A stretch of 59,489 nt of DNA, filler included, from 3 parts of 3 records of this genome joined end to end with filler, not necessarily neighbours in it, one strand, 5' to 3'; shown: positions 44,422-56,345, counted from the whole stretch's first letter. Notes: generated by a model not told the origin, from the sequence alone. Numbers and translations: made by a program.

Positions 44422-44768
44422 TAAACAGTCAGTTGCTGCTTTGGAAGAATATCTTCCCACATTTTTTCTAAATTATAGGATGATCTTTTTTCTGGGTGAA
44501 AAATATGAATCACAACTTCAATGGCATCAATAAGTTTCCAATCATCACTATTCTGACCTTCTATTCTACAATCATTTAAACCATAGGTTTTCAGCTTTTG
44601 TGCAGTATTTTCCGATATAGCCTGTATGTGCCTCGAGGATGTTCCGCTTGCTATAACCATATAGTCCGCAATTGAACTTTTGTCTTTAAGATCTATGATT
44701 ACGATATCTTGAGCTTTATTATCGTCTAAAATTTTATAAATTTTTTCTATAATAGTATTTTTATTCAA
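44421..44768 (-). CDS. rsfS: Ribosome silencing factor
   Basis: KAQDI, ADYMVIASG, WKLID, YNLEKMW. Confidence 0.94.
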   Translation of the reverse strand: MNKNTIIEKIYKILDDNKAQDIVIIDLKDKSSIADYMVIASGTSSRHIQAISENTAQKLKTYGLNDCRIEGQNSDDWKLIDAIEVVIHIFHPEKRSSYNLEKMWEDILPKQQLTV

Positions 44769-44780
44769 ATTTTTAATCAG

Positions 44781-45353
44781 TTACTTATTATATAATCTAT
44801 TTTTAATATTTGATGAAGAAATATTTACACCTTTATCTTTTATGTAAATCCAAGCATTTCTAGTTATTTTAGTTTTAATATTAAATTTTTGTAACAATTT
44901 ATGCTTATATTTTTTATAAAAATAAGATTGCTTTATGTTTTTTTCATATCCTGGTCTGCTAATTACAACTAAAGTAGAATTTTTAAATAACTGAATGTAA
45001 TTTTTCCATTTATGAAATGTTCTAAGGTTATCCGAGCCAATTAAAAAGAAAATATGTTTATTTTTGTACTTTTTTTTCAAAGCTTTTAAGAGTTGATAAG
45101 AATATTTTTTATCAAAATTATTTATAATAATTTTGTTTATTTTTTTTGAAATTTTTTTTGATAAATCAACCCTTTCTTTATATGAATATAAATAATTTTT
45201 TTTTAATAGGGGGTTTTTTAATGATACTGACCAAATTAATTTTCTTAAATTTAATCTTTTTATGAATAGTTTTGAAATATATAAATGACCCTTGTGAGGA
45301 GGATCAAAGGAGCCACTAAATATTCCAATTCTATCTACCTCTTTTTTAATCAA
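44781..45353 (-). CDS. nadD: Nicotinate-nucleotide adenylyltransferase
   Basis: GSFDPPHKGH, IGSDN, ISSSNIK. Confidence 0.92.
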   Translation of the reverse strand: MIKKEVDRIGIFSGSFDPPHKGHLYISKLFIKRLNLRKLIWSVSLKNPLLKKNYLYSYKERVDLSKKISKKINKIIINNFDKKYSYQLLKALKKKYKNKHIFFLIGSDNLRTFHKWKNYIQLFKNSTLVVISRPGYEKNIKQSYFYKKYKHKLLQKFNIKTKITRNAWIYIKDKGVNISSSNIKNRLYNK

Positions 45354-46609
45354 GAGCGTATCTGACCCTTGCCATTTACAACATATTTATAGGTCACAAG
45401 TTGCTCTAATCCCACAGGTCCTCTAGGGTGCATTTTATTAGTTGATATCCCAACTTCTGATCCTAGACCAAATTCATATCCATCGGCAAATTGTGTAGAT
45501 GCATTTTGCATAATAATTGAACTTTGAATTTTTTTTGTAAATTTATCAATATTTTGTTTATTTTTTGAGATTATACATTCAGTATGGCTTGTGCCATATT
45601 TTTTTATATGGTTTACAGCTTCATCTACATCTTTTACCAACTTCACTGATATTTTTGAATCTAGGTACTCTGTTCTCCAGTCAATTTCTTTTGCAATAAA
45701 AGAATTTTTAAATATTTTTTTTGTATATCTGTCTCCTATAATTTTACATCCTTGCAGATGCAGGTTATTTAATAATTTAAATATTATGCCTTCATTAATT
45801 GATCGGTGTATTAACAACGTTTCTGCTGCGCCACATATACTAGTTCTCCTTAGCTTAGAATTAATAATTATTTTATTTGCCATTGAATAATCAAACTTCT
45901 TATCTAAATATATATGACACAACCCTTCAAGATGACCAATTGTTGGAACACTTGATAAATCTAAGACTTTTTTTACAAGGCTCTTCCCACCGCGTGGGAT
46001 AATAACATCTATATAATTTGACATTTTTGAAAGCATTAGATCTACAATTTTACGATCTGTGTTGTTTACTAATTGAATACAGTCTTGATTAATTTTATTT
46101 TTTTTTAAACTTGATCTAAATAGGTTTGAAATTGCAATATTTGACCTAATTGCTTCTTTCCCTCCTCTTAAGATAGCAGCATTTCCAGATTTAAAACACA
46201 ATATTGAAACATCAGAGGTAACATTTGGTCTAGCCTCATATATTACGCCCAGCACACCTATTGGTATGCTTACGCGATTAATCATAAGTCCATTAGGCCT
46301 TTTCCATTTGCTCAAAACTCTATTACTTGGATCTTTGAAAGAGATAACTTCTTCAATTGAATTTAAGATAGATTTTAACCTATCTTTGTTGAGCATGCTA
46401 CGATCAATTAAATTATCTGCAAGTTTATCTTTCTTACTATTTAGGATGTCTATTTTATTTGCATCTAAAATAGACTCACTATTACTTTTTAATTTTTTAT
46501 AAAATGATTTTAATACATCATTCTTTTTTTTTTCAGGTAGATCAATTAATTCATCCGAAGCTTTTTTTGCCCTTATACCTAGTTGTTGGATATATTTTAA
46601 TTTATTCAT
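45350..46609 (-). CDS. proA: Gamma-glutamyl phosphate reductase
   Basis: YEARPNV, PRGG, CGAAE, NASTQFADG, RGPVGL. Confidence 0.96.
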   Translation of the reverse strand: MNKLKYIQQLGIRAKKASDELIDLPEKKKNDVLKSFYKKLKSNSESILDANKIDILNSKKDKLADNLIDRSMLNKDRLKSILNSIEEVISFKDPSNRVLSKWKRPNGLMINRVSIPIGVLGVIYEARPNVTSDVSILCFKSGNAAILRGGKEAIRSNIAISNLFRSSLKKNKINQDCIQLVNNTDRKIVDLMLSKMSNYIDVIIPRGGKSLVKKVLDLSSVPTIGHLEGLCHIYLDKKFDYSMANKIIINSKLRRTSICGAAETLLIHRSINEGIIFKLLNNLHLQGCKIIGDRYTKKIFKNSFIAKEIDWRTEYLDSKISVKLVKDVDEAVNHIKKYGTSHTECIISKNKQNIDKFTKKIQSSIIMQNASTQFADGYEFGLGSEVGISTNKMHPRGPVGLEQLVTYKYVVNGKGQIRS

Positions 46610-48719
<2,110 letters not shown>

Positions 48720-48725
48720 TATGAT

Positions 48726-48980
48726 TTAATGAGGAACTACAGATATGAAGGTTTTTCCAAATTTTTTTTTCTGGAATTTTACTGTCCCTTCAATTTTTGA
48801 AAAAATTGTATGGTCTTTTCCCATACCAACATTATCACCAGGGTGCATCTTTGTACCCCTTTGTCTATAAATTATATTTCCAGGTATGACTTTTTGACCA
48901 CCATACTTTTTAACACCAAGTCTACGACCTTCACTATCCCGACCGTTTTTCGATGATCCACCTGCTTTTTTAGTTGCCAT
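48726..48980 (-). CDS. rpmA: 50S ribosomal protein L27
   Basis: [27 protein letters not shown]. Confidence 0.98.
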   Translation of the reverse strand: MATKKAGGSSKNGRDSEGRRLGVKKYGGQKVIPGNIIYRQRGTKMHPGDNVGMGKDHTIFSKIEGTVKFQKKKFGKTFISVVPH

Positions 48981-48995
48981 AAGTATTTTGTACCA

Positions 48996-49141
48996 CTACG
49001 CACTTTTTTTTGTAGTAGATTTTTCCTTTTTATCTTCTGTTTTTTTAGCTTCCGATAGCAATTTTCCACCTTTGCCAAAAATTTTTGTTATCTGAACAAC
49101 ACTTACGTGCTGTCTATGACCATTTTTTCTTCTTGAATTTT
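48996..49141 (-). CDS. rplU: 50S ribosomal protein L21, C-terminal part (5' truncated)
   Basis: NSRRKNGHRQHVSVVQITKI... plus Lys-rich tail ending at TAG 48996; upstream of rpmA. Confidence 0.9.
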
Positions 49142-49241
49142 NNNNNNNNNNNNNNNNNNNNNNNNNNNNNNNNNNNNNNNNNNNNTTAATTAATTAANNN
49201 NNNNNNNNNNNNNNNNNNNNNNNNNNNNNNNNNNNNNNNNN
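49142..49241. other. Artificial contig linker
   Basis: 44 N + TTAATTAATTAA + 44 N. Confidence 0.98.
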
Positions 49242-49416
49242 AAAAAAACCAATAACTGTTAAAAACTATCTAAAGGATCATAGAGTTTTTATGATGAGTA
49301 CAATTGCTGCCTTAACCTTTGGTGGAAAATGGAAAATTTACGATAAAGATTCTATCAACACTTCCTTTCCATCTTTTTTGAAGATAATTAAAAATATAAA
49401 CCATTCATCACTATGA
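49242..49416 (+). CDS. aroA: EPSP synthase C-terminus (5' truncated)
   Basis: ...KDHRVFMM...INTSFPSF...*; ATGA overlap with cmk; aroA-cmk-rpsA synteny. Confidence 0.88.
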
Positions 49417-50066
49417 AGCTTAAAAAAAAAATTAAAATCGCAATAGACTCACCTGCTGCTGCTGGTGCTGGCACTCAAGCAAAATTAATTTCTAAACATT
49501 TTAACTTATTTTATTTAGATACAGGAAAAATTTATAGATTAATTGCAAATATTAAACTTACTCAACCAAATAAGTATAGTCATAGTTTAATAAAAAAAAA
49601 GATGCTCAAATTAACTATGAAAGATTTGCAAAATAAAAAATTATTATCAGATGAAGTTGGAACAATGGCATCAATTATATCAAAAGATAAAAAAATAAGA
49701 AAACTTGTTCATGCATTTCAAATTAAAAGCGCTTATCATCCTCCCAAAAAGTATAATGGATCTTGTTTAGATGGAAGAGACATAACTTATAAGATAATTC
49801 CTGATGCTGATTTTAAATTTTTTATAACAGCAAATACTAAGACCAGAGCTTTAAGAAGGTATAAAGAGTTAAAAGGACTAAATAAGAAAATATCTTTTAA
49901 TGAAGTCCTAAAAAGTATCAAAAACCGTGACAAAAGTGACTATAATAGAAAAGTTTCACCTCTTATGAGAACTCGAGATTCGGTCTTGATTAATACCACG
50001 AATTTAACTAAAAGATCATGCTTTTTAAAAATTAAACAAATTATGGATAGGAAACTAAAAGCTTAA
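49413..50066 (+). CDS. cmk: Cytidylate kinase (atypical P-loop)
   Basis: IAIDSPAAAGAGT, LDTGKIYR, DGRDI, RDKSD; lies between aroA and rpsA. Confidence 0.9.
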   Translation: MKLKKKIKIAIDSPAAAGAGTQAKLISKHFNLFYLDTGKIYRLIANIKLTQPNKYSHSLIKKKMLKLTMKDLQNKKLLSDEVGTMASIISKDKKIRKLVHAFQIKSAYHPPKKYNGSCLDGRDITYKIIPDADFKFFITANTKTRALRRYKELKGLNKKISFNEVLKSIKNRDKSDYNRKVSPLMRTRDSVLINTTNLTKRSCFLKIKQIMDRKLKA

Positions 50067-51796
50067 TGGAAATTTATAAAGACCTTTCAAACCCCGCCTC
50101 TAAAGAATTCGAACAATTACTAAATTCACAGTTTACTAAAATAGCAAATCTTGAAGAAGGAAAAATTATTACTGGTGTAGTAAACAAAGTTACTGATAAC
50201 TTTGTATTTCTTGAAGTACCTGGTTTAAAATCAGAGCCTATCTTGGATATTAATGAATTAAAAAGCATGGGTATGCTTGATAAAGCAAAAGTGGGTGAAA
50301 AAATTTCTGTTCTTCTTGAAAGGTTAGAAGATAAAAAAGGTGAAGTACTAGTATCAGCTTCAAAAGCTCAAAAAATTCAAGGTTGGGACAAACTTGTTGA
50401 AGCGTATGAAAAAAATGAACCTATCATGGGTAAAATTACTGGACGTGTTAAAGGTGGATGCATAGTTGAACACATCGATACTGGTTCTTTAATGTTTTTA
50501 CCTGGATCTCAAATTTCAGATAAACCATTAAAAGACATTAGTCATTTAATGAATGAGCCTCAAAAATTTGCTCTAATAAAATTAGATAAAGTTAGAGGAA
50601 ACGCATGTGTTTCTAGAAGAGAAATAATCTCTTCATTTAAAAAAGAAGATAAAATTAAAATTGTCGAAAAATTCAAAGTTGGAGATATAATTAAAGGTGC
50701 TGAAGTAAAAGGCTACAGTTCATTTGGTTGTTTTTTTAGTGTTAATGGTGAGCTTGATGTTTTAGTTCACTTACAAGAAATTTCTTATTCAAGAGTAAAT
50801 CACCCTGATGAAGTTTTTACAATCGGTGAGAAACATGACCTTAAAGTAATCAGTGTTGATCTTGAAAAGCTTCAGGTTGGTTGTTCGGTAAAACAGCTTA
50901 CACCAGACCCTTTTGAAAACATTTCAAATTACGAACTAAACAAAATCTATAAAGTAAAAGTAGTTAAGCTTATGGACTTTGGAGCTTTTTGTGAGCTTGA
51001 AAAAGGATTATCAACTTTATTGCACTCAAGTGAATTAAGTTGGACTAAAAAAAATATTTCTGCAAAAAAAATGTTTAAAGTTGGAGATGAAATTGATTGT
51101 GTAATCACTGAAATTGATAAAGAAAAAAGAAGAGTGGCAATATCTCACCGTTTAACAACTGATAACCCTTTTGAAACATTTGAAAAAACTTACCCAATTG
51201 GATCTGAGGTTGAGGGTGAAGTTGCAAGTAAAAATGAATATTCTATTTTCTTAAAAGTTGATAGCTTAGATATTGATGCTTTCTTGCATTGTAATGATTT
51301 AACTTACCTAAATAATGGTGAAGAAGAATTAGCTAAATATAAAATTGGTGATAAATTAAAAGTTAAAGTATTAGAAGTAAAAGCAGCAGAACAAAAAGTT
51401 AGAGTTGGCTTACGTCAAACTCAACCAGACCCTTTTGATTGGTTTAATGATAAAAAGGTTAAACAAACTATCACTGTTAAGATTATTTCAACTGACAACA
51501 AAGGTCTTGTTGTAAGACCTGAAGGCTGTGAAATGGACTTCATTATTAAAAAATCTGCAATAGCTATTAATGCTGCTGATGCAAGACCTGCTAGATTTAC
51601 AGGTGGAGAAAGAATTGACTGTGCTATTCAAGAGTTAGATATTGATAAAAGAAAAGCAACATTAAGTATTAAACTTTTAGAAGAAATTGAGCGTAAAGTT
51701 GCACTAGATACTTATGGTTCTGAAGCAAGTGGTAAAAACTTACCTTTCTCATCATTATCTGATGATTTAGAGAAAAAGAAAAAAGAAGACGAATAA
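50066..51796 (+). CDS. rpsA: 30S ribosomal protein S1
   Basis: Repeated S1 domains (FLPGSQI, LVHLQEISY, DFGAF, LLHSSELSW). Confidence 0.95.
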   Translation: MEIYKDLSNPASKEFEQLLNSQFTKIANLEEGKIITGVVNKVTDNFVFLEVPGLKSEPILDINELKSMGMLDKAKVGEKISVLLERLEDKKGEVLVSASKAQKIQGWDKLVEAYEKNEPIMGKITGRVKGGCIVEHIDTGSLMFLPGSQISDKPLKDISHLMNEPQKFALIKLDKVRGNACVSRREIISSFKKEDKIKIVEKFKVGDIIKGAEVKGYSSFGCFFSVNGELDVLVHLQEISYSRVNHPDEVFTIGEKHDLKVISVDLEKLQVGCSVKQLTPDPFENISNYELNKIYKVKVVKLMDFGAFCELEKGLSTLLHSSELSWTKKNISAKKMFKVGDEIDCVITEIDKEKRRVAISHRLTTDNPFETFEKTYPIGSEVEGEVASKNEYSIFLKVDSLDIDAFLHCNDLTYLNNGEEELAKYKIGDKLKVKVLEVKAAEQKVRVGLRQTQPDPFDWFNDKKVKQTITVKIISTDNKGLVVRPEGCEMDFIIKKSAIAINAADARPARFTGGERIDCAIQELDIDKRKATLSIKLLEEIERKVALDTYGSEASGKNLPFSSLSDDLEKKKKEDE

Positions 51797-51799
51797 AAA

Positions 51800-52090
51800 T
51801 TGGCTATTGTAAAATCAAAGCTTCTAAAACAACTCGCTAATAACTACCCAAATTTTTTAAAAAAAGACTTAGAAAAGTTTACTGATATTATTCTTACTGA
51901 AATAAAGCAGGCCCTTAAACGAGGAGATCGTGTTGAATTAAGAGGTTTTGGAATGTTCTCTACTAATATTCAAAAAGCAAGAATATCAAGAAATCCCAAA
52001 ACAGGAGAGAAAGTGAATACGCCTGAAAAAAAAACAATTCACTTTAAAATGTCTAAGGAAATGTTTAAAAAATTAAACAATGATGAATAA
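51800..52090 (+). CDS. ihfB: Integration host factor beta subunit
   Basis: GDRVELRGFG, RNPKTGE, HFKMSK; TTG start. Confidence 0.9.
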   Translation: MAIVKSKLLKQLANNYPNFLKKDLEKFTDIILTEIKQALKRGDRVELRGFGMFSTNIQKARISRNPKTGEKVNTPEKKTIHFKMSKEMFKKLNNDE

Positions 52091-52772
52091 AAATATCTTT
52101 GTTGCTTGTGATACATCAAGCTTAAAAGAAATAAAAAAAATAATTAGCGATACGAAAACTAATAAACTTCAAATAATTCCAAAATTTGGCTTACAGTTCT
52201 TTTATTCAAAAAGTGGGAGAGCTTTTCTTCAAAATTTTAAGAGAGATTATTTCTTAGATTTAAAAATAAATGATATTCCACAAACTGCTTTATCTGCAAT
52301 GGATAGTTTAAAAGATTTAAAGAAATGTAAATATATTACAGTTCATGTAAGCGGTGGCCTTGAAATGCTTAAAGCTATTACAAAAAAAGCTAAATCAATT
52401 AACAAAAATTTAAAAGTATTAGGAGTTACAATTTTAACAAGCCTTAACAAAAAATCTCTTGAAGAAATTGGTCACACCAAGACCGTAGAGCAGTTAGTAT
52501 TAAAACAAGCTGGTCTTATAAAAAAATCAGGTGCAGCTGGAATTGTGTGTTCTGCACAAGAAGCAAAAATAGTTAGGAAAAAATACAAAAATTTATTTAT
52601 TGTTACGCCAGGAATAAGGCTACCTGGAGATGATGCAAATGATCAATCTAGAGTAATGACTCCTAATGATGCTTTTAAAAATAAAGTTTCTGGTATTGTA
52701 ATGGGAAGGTCATTAATAAAGGGTAATATCAAAAACAACATTAAAAGATTAATTAATCACTTAAATCAATGA
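52080..52772 (+). CDS. pyrF: Orotidine 5'-phosphate decarboxylase
   Basis: FLDLKINDIP (DxKxxD), VTILTS, VTPGIR, DQSR, GR. Confidence 0.95.
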   Translation: MMNKNIFVACDTSSLKEIKKIISDTKTNKLQIIPKFGLQFFYSKSGRAFLQNFKRDYFLDLKINDIPQTALSAMDSLKDLKKCKYITVHVSGGLEMLKAITKKAKSINKNLKVLGVTILTSLNKKSLEEIGHTKTVEQLVLKQAGLIKKSGAAGIVCSAQEAKIVRKKYKNLFIVTPGIRLPGDDANDQSRVMTPNDAFKNKVSGIVMGRSLIKGNIKNNIKRLINHLNQ

Positions 52773-53398
52773 TCCAACCCTGCAAGATTTGTGGGATCTC
52801 CGACTCTAAAACTTTAGAATTTTTAACTTCCCATCCTACTCCACCTAAGATGATAGGGTTTATTTGTAATTGGCCTAAATCAAAAAGATTTGTTGAACAC
52901 AACAAGCTTAAAAAGCTATTAAAAGTCGATAAAAAAAAATCAGAATATGTTGCTGTATTAGTTAAACCTAATGAAAATATATTAGAAAAAATAAAGGATT
53001 TACCATTCGATTATTATCAACTTTATGATTGTACACCTACTGAAGTTAAATCAGTTAAAGAAAAATATAATAAGAAAATTATTGTTGCGATAACTGTAAA
53101 AGATCAAAATGACACAGTTAAATATTTAGAATATAATGAGCTTGCAGATATAATATTATTCGACAGTAAAGGTTATGAAAAAAGCATGTCCTTTGATCAT
53201 CAATTAATTAAAAATATTAAAATTAATAAAGAATTGATGCTTGCTGGGAATATTCAAATTGAAGATAACCTTGAAAATTATAAAGAAATTGCAGACATTA
53301 TAGATATTTCTGGAGGTCTAGAAACATCTGGATTAAAAGATGTTTCAAAAATAAATATTTTTTTAAATAAAATTAAATTAATTAACAATGAAACTTAA
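52769..53398 (+). CDS. trpF: Phosphoribosylanthranilate isomerase
   Basis: KICGI, LFDS, LAG, IDISGGLE; upstream of trpB. Confidence 0.9.
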   Translation: MIQPCKICGISDSKTLEFLTSHPTPPKMIGFICNWPKSKRFVEHNKLKKLLKVDKKKSEYVAVLVKPNENILEKIKDLPFDYYQLYDCTPTEVKSVKEKYNKKIIVAITVKDQNDTVKYLEYNELADIILFDSKGYEKSMSFDHQLIKNIKINKELMLAGNIQIEDNLENYKEIADIIDISGGLETSGLKDVSKINIFLNKIKLINNET

Positions 53399-54620
53399 AA
53401 AAAAAATTCCTTTAATTGATCAGCACAACAAAAATGGATTTTGGGGTGGTAAATTTGGTGGAAATTTTATACCTGAAACTTTAAAAAAGCCCATTGAGGA
53501 TTTAACTGAACTTTTTGAAAAACTTAGATACGATAAAAAATTTCTTAAAGAAAGAGACTATTATTTTAAGAATTATATAGGCTCTCCTACTTCATTTATT
53601 AAACTTCAAAACCTATCAGATCACTTAAGTGGAGCTCAAATATATGCCAAAATGGTGTCTGAGGCGAACGGAGGAGCTCATAAAATTTATAATGCAACAG
53701 TTCATTGCCTTATTGCTAAAAAGGCAGGGAAAAAATATGTCGTTGGTGATACGGGTGCAGGGTATGCTGGAAAGATGCTGAGTATGGCTGCTAAAAAATT
53801 TGGCCTTAAATGCAAAATATTCATGGGTGCAAAGGATATTAAAAGACAAAAGCCTAATGTAGATGCAATGAAAAAGAATGGTGCAGAAGTTGTACCCGTT
53901 TATTCAGGAAGCCAAACATTAGTAGATGCTGTTAGTGAATGCATGCGTTATTGGGTTTCAAATTGCGATAACACCCATATGTGTGTTGGATCAACAGTAG
54001 GCCCTAATATATTTGTTAAAATTTGTGGCTGGAGTACAGCTCAAATTTCAAGAGAATTAAAAGTTCAAATTCAGTCAGAATTTAAAAAGATGCCTAAAAA
54101 AATTAAACTCATTAATTGTGTTGGAGGTGGAAGTTCAGCTTATGGGTTTTGGAGTGAGTTTATTGATTATGACAAAAAACAGATTGAATTAATTGGTGTT
54201 GAAGCTGGTGGACCAAAAAATTCAAAACTACATGCAGCACCTCTAACTAATGGAGCTAAACTTGGGATATTGCATGGAGCTGCAGCTTATGTTTGTCAAA
54301 ATAGTGAAGGACAAATTAACGATACCGCTTCTATTTCTGCTGGATTAGATTATCCTGGTGTATCCCCTATTCACTGCTTCTTAAAAGATACTAAAAGAGC
54401 AAGATATACATCTGCAACTGATGAGGCGGCTTTAAATGCATACAAACTAGTTACAAAAGTTGAAAAAATAAACCCAAGTCTTGAACCTAGTCATGCTTTT
54501 GCTGAAGCTATAAAAATTGCTCCAAAATTAAACAAAGATACTATCATTATTGTTAATTCTTGTGGTGATGCCAAAAAGGATCGTGATATTTTAAAAGAAA
54601 GATTGGGAAAAATTAACTAA
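53388..54620 (+). CDS. trpB: Tryptophan synthase beta chain (strongly divergent active site)
   Basis: FGGNFIPETL, GGAHK PLP-Lys, CVGGGS, GVEAGG, SISAGLDYPG; trpF-trpB-trpA synteny. Confidence 0.92.
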   Translation: MKLKKKIPLIDQHNKNGFWGGKFGGNFIPETLKKPIEDLTELFEKLRYDKKFLKERDYYFKNYIGSPTSFIKLQNLSDHLSGAQIYAKMVSEANGGAHKIYNATVHCLIAKKAGKKYVVGDTGAGYAGKMLSMAAKKFGLKCKIFMGAKDIKRQKPNVDAMKKNGAEVVPVYSGSQTLVDAVSECMRYWVSNCDNTHMCVGSTVGPNIFVKICGWSTAQISRELKVQIQSEFKKMPKKIKLINCVGGGSSAYGFWSEFIDYDKKQIELIGVEAGGPKNSKLHAAPLTNGAKLGILHGAAAYVCQNSEGQINDTASISAGLDYPGVSPIHCFLKDTKRARYTSATDEAALNAYKLVTKVEKINPSLEPSHAFAEAIKIAPKLNKDTIIIVNSCGDAKKDRDILKERLGKIN

Positions 54621-54621
54621 G

Positions 54622-55419
54622 ATGTCATTAATCAACTTAGCATTTAAAAAAGTAAAAACTGAAAAGAGACCTGCATTACTAACTTACACGGTAGCTGGAG
54701 ATAGTACTAAAAAGAAGTCTCTTGAGATATTAAAATCAATTGCAAAATATGCTGACATTTGCGAAATAGGATTTCCTCATAACACTCCAATTGCAGATGG
54801 TGGACAGATTCAATCAAGCGCTTATAGAGCTTTGAAAAATGGTATCAAAATTAAAGATGTTTTTTCAATAGTTAAAAATTTTAAAAAATCAAAACAATCA
54901 AAACCCGTAATATTGATGGGTTATTATAATATGATTTATCAATATGGAGATAATAACTTTATAAATATTTGTAAAAAAGTAGGAGTAGATGGATTAATTG
55001 TTGTTGACCTTCCTTATCCAGAAAATAAAGAATTTGCAAAAAAATGTAAGAAAAAAGATATTAGTTTTATTCAATTAGTATCTCCTACTACGTCTCTAGA
55101 TAGAATGAAAAAAATTATAAGAGACTCACATGATATGGTCTATTATATCAGTATGCTCTCAACAACTGGTGGCAAGCTAAAGGTTTCGCCTAAAAAAATT
55201 TTAGAGCGTTATAGTAAAATTAAAAAACTTAACAAGAATAAGAATATTGTAATAGGCTTTGGGATCACTGAAAAAACCATAGCATCTTTAAGAAAGGCTG
55301 ATGGATTAGTGGTTGGCAGTGCTTTATGTAAAGAAATATCAAATTCTATTAAAAAACGCCAAAATCCTGTCACAAATGTAACTAATATTGTGTTAAAGTT
55401 AAGAAAAAAAATAGCATGA
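54622..55419 (+). CDS. trpA: Tryptophan synthase alpha chain
   Basis: EIGFP..PIADG (catalytic Glu and Asp kept), MGYYN, VDLP, GFGI, VVGSA. Confidence 0.94.
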   Translation: MSLINLAFKKVKTEKRPALLTYTVAGDSTKKKSLEILKSIAKYADICEIGFPHNTPIADGGQIQSSAYRALKNGIKIKDVFSIVKNFKKSKQSKPVILMGYYNMIYQYGDNNFINICKKVGVDGLIVVDLPYPENKEFAKKCKKKDISFIQLVSPTTSLDRMKKIIRDSHDMVYYISMLSTTGGKLKVSPKKILERYSKIKKLNKNKNIVIGFGITEKTIASLRKADGLVVGSALCKEISNSIKKRQNPVTNVTNIVLKLRKKIA

Positions 55420-56345
55420 ATTGGATTAAAAAAACTTTAAGATTTGGTGAAAAGATTAAAACCATCATTAAAGCACGTGCAACCAAAACAGAGATAGCTA
55501 ATAGTGACTGGACCTCATGTTGTAAAGGGCCAATCTTAAAAAAAGATTTAGAAGAAAACTTATGGGTTTGCCCATCTTGTAACAAACACCACAGAATAAG
55601 CCCACGTCAGAGATTTGACATTATATTTGGCAAAAATAATTATGAAGTTTTAAAAACTCCAATTCCTCAAGATGACCCTTTAAATTGGAATGATGCAAAA
55701 CCTTATAAAGATAGATTAAAAGCTGCTAGAAAAAAAACTGGCATGGATTGTGGAATGATGGTTGTTAATACTAATATTCTAAATTTAAAAATCACAGCGA
55801 TTGCATCTGATTTTGATTTTGTAGGTGGCTCAATTGGTGCTGCAGAAGGTGAAGCTTTTTTATACGGAATTCAACATGCAATAGAAAATGAACAACCTTT
55901 TGTAGTGTTTACTTCTGGTGGCGGAATGAGAATGATGGAAAGTCTTATATCTTTAAGTCAAATGACAAGGACGACACTTGCAATTAACGAACTAAAGAAA
56001 AATAATTTACCCTATATTGTTGTTCTAACTGATCCAACTGCTGGTGGTATTACAGCGTCATATGCAATGTTAGGTGATCTACACTTAGCAGAACCAGGAG
56101 CTCTTATAGCTTTTGCAGGAGCAAGAGTAATTCAAGGCACTGTAAGAGAAGAGTTACCAGAAGGCTTTCAAAGAAGTGAGTATGTAGAAAAAACTGGCTT
56201 TGTAGATTTAATTGTAGAGAGAAAAGACTTAAGAGAAAAAATTGGATCATTATTATCAATATTGTTAAAGAAAAATTCTGCTATAAATTCATCAGAAAAT
56301 GAAACTTCAGAAGATAGTAGAGCGCTTACAAAAGCTGCATCCTAA
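55416..56345 (+). CDS. accD: Acetyl-CoA carboxylase carboxyltransferase beta subunit
   Basis: GGSIG, SGGMRMME, DPTAGG, FAGARVI, GFQRSE. Confidence 0.95.
   Translation: MNWIKKTLRFGEKIKTIIKARATKTEIANSDWTSCCKGPILKKDLEENLWVCPSCNKHHRISPRQRFDIIFGKNNYEVLKTPIPQDDPLNWNDAKPYKDRLKAARKKTGMDCGMMVVNTNILNLKITAIASDFDFVGGSIGAAEGEAFLYGIQHAIENEQPFVVFTSGGGMRMMESLISLSQMTRTTLAINELKKNNLPYIVVLTDPTAGGITASYAMLGDLHLAEPGALIAFAGARVIQGTVREELPEGFQRSEYVEKTGFVDLIVERKDLREKIGSLLSILLKKNSAINSSENETSEDSRALTKAAS

Noticed and set aside
48872-49078. 68-aa ORF overlapping rpmA
   Set aside because: Wrong frame; the real coding frame here is the rplU C-terminus.
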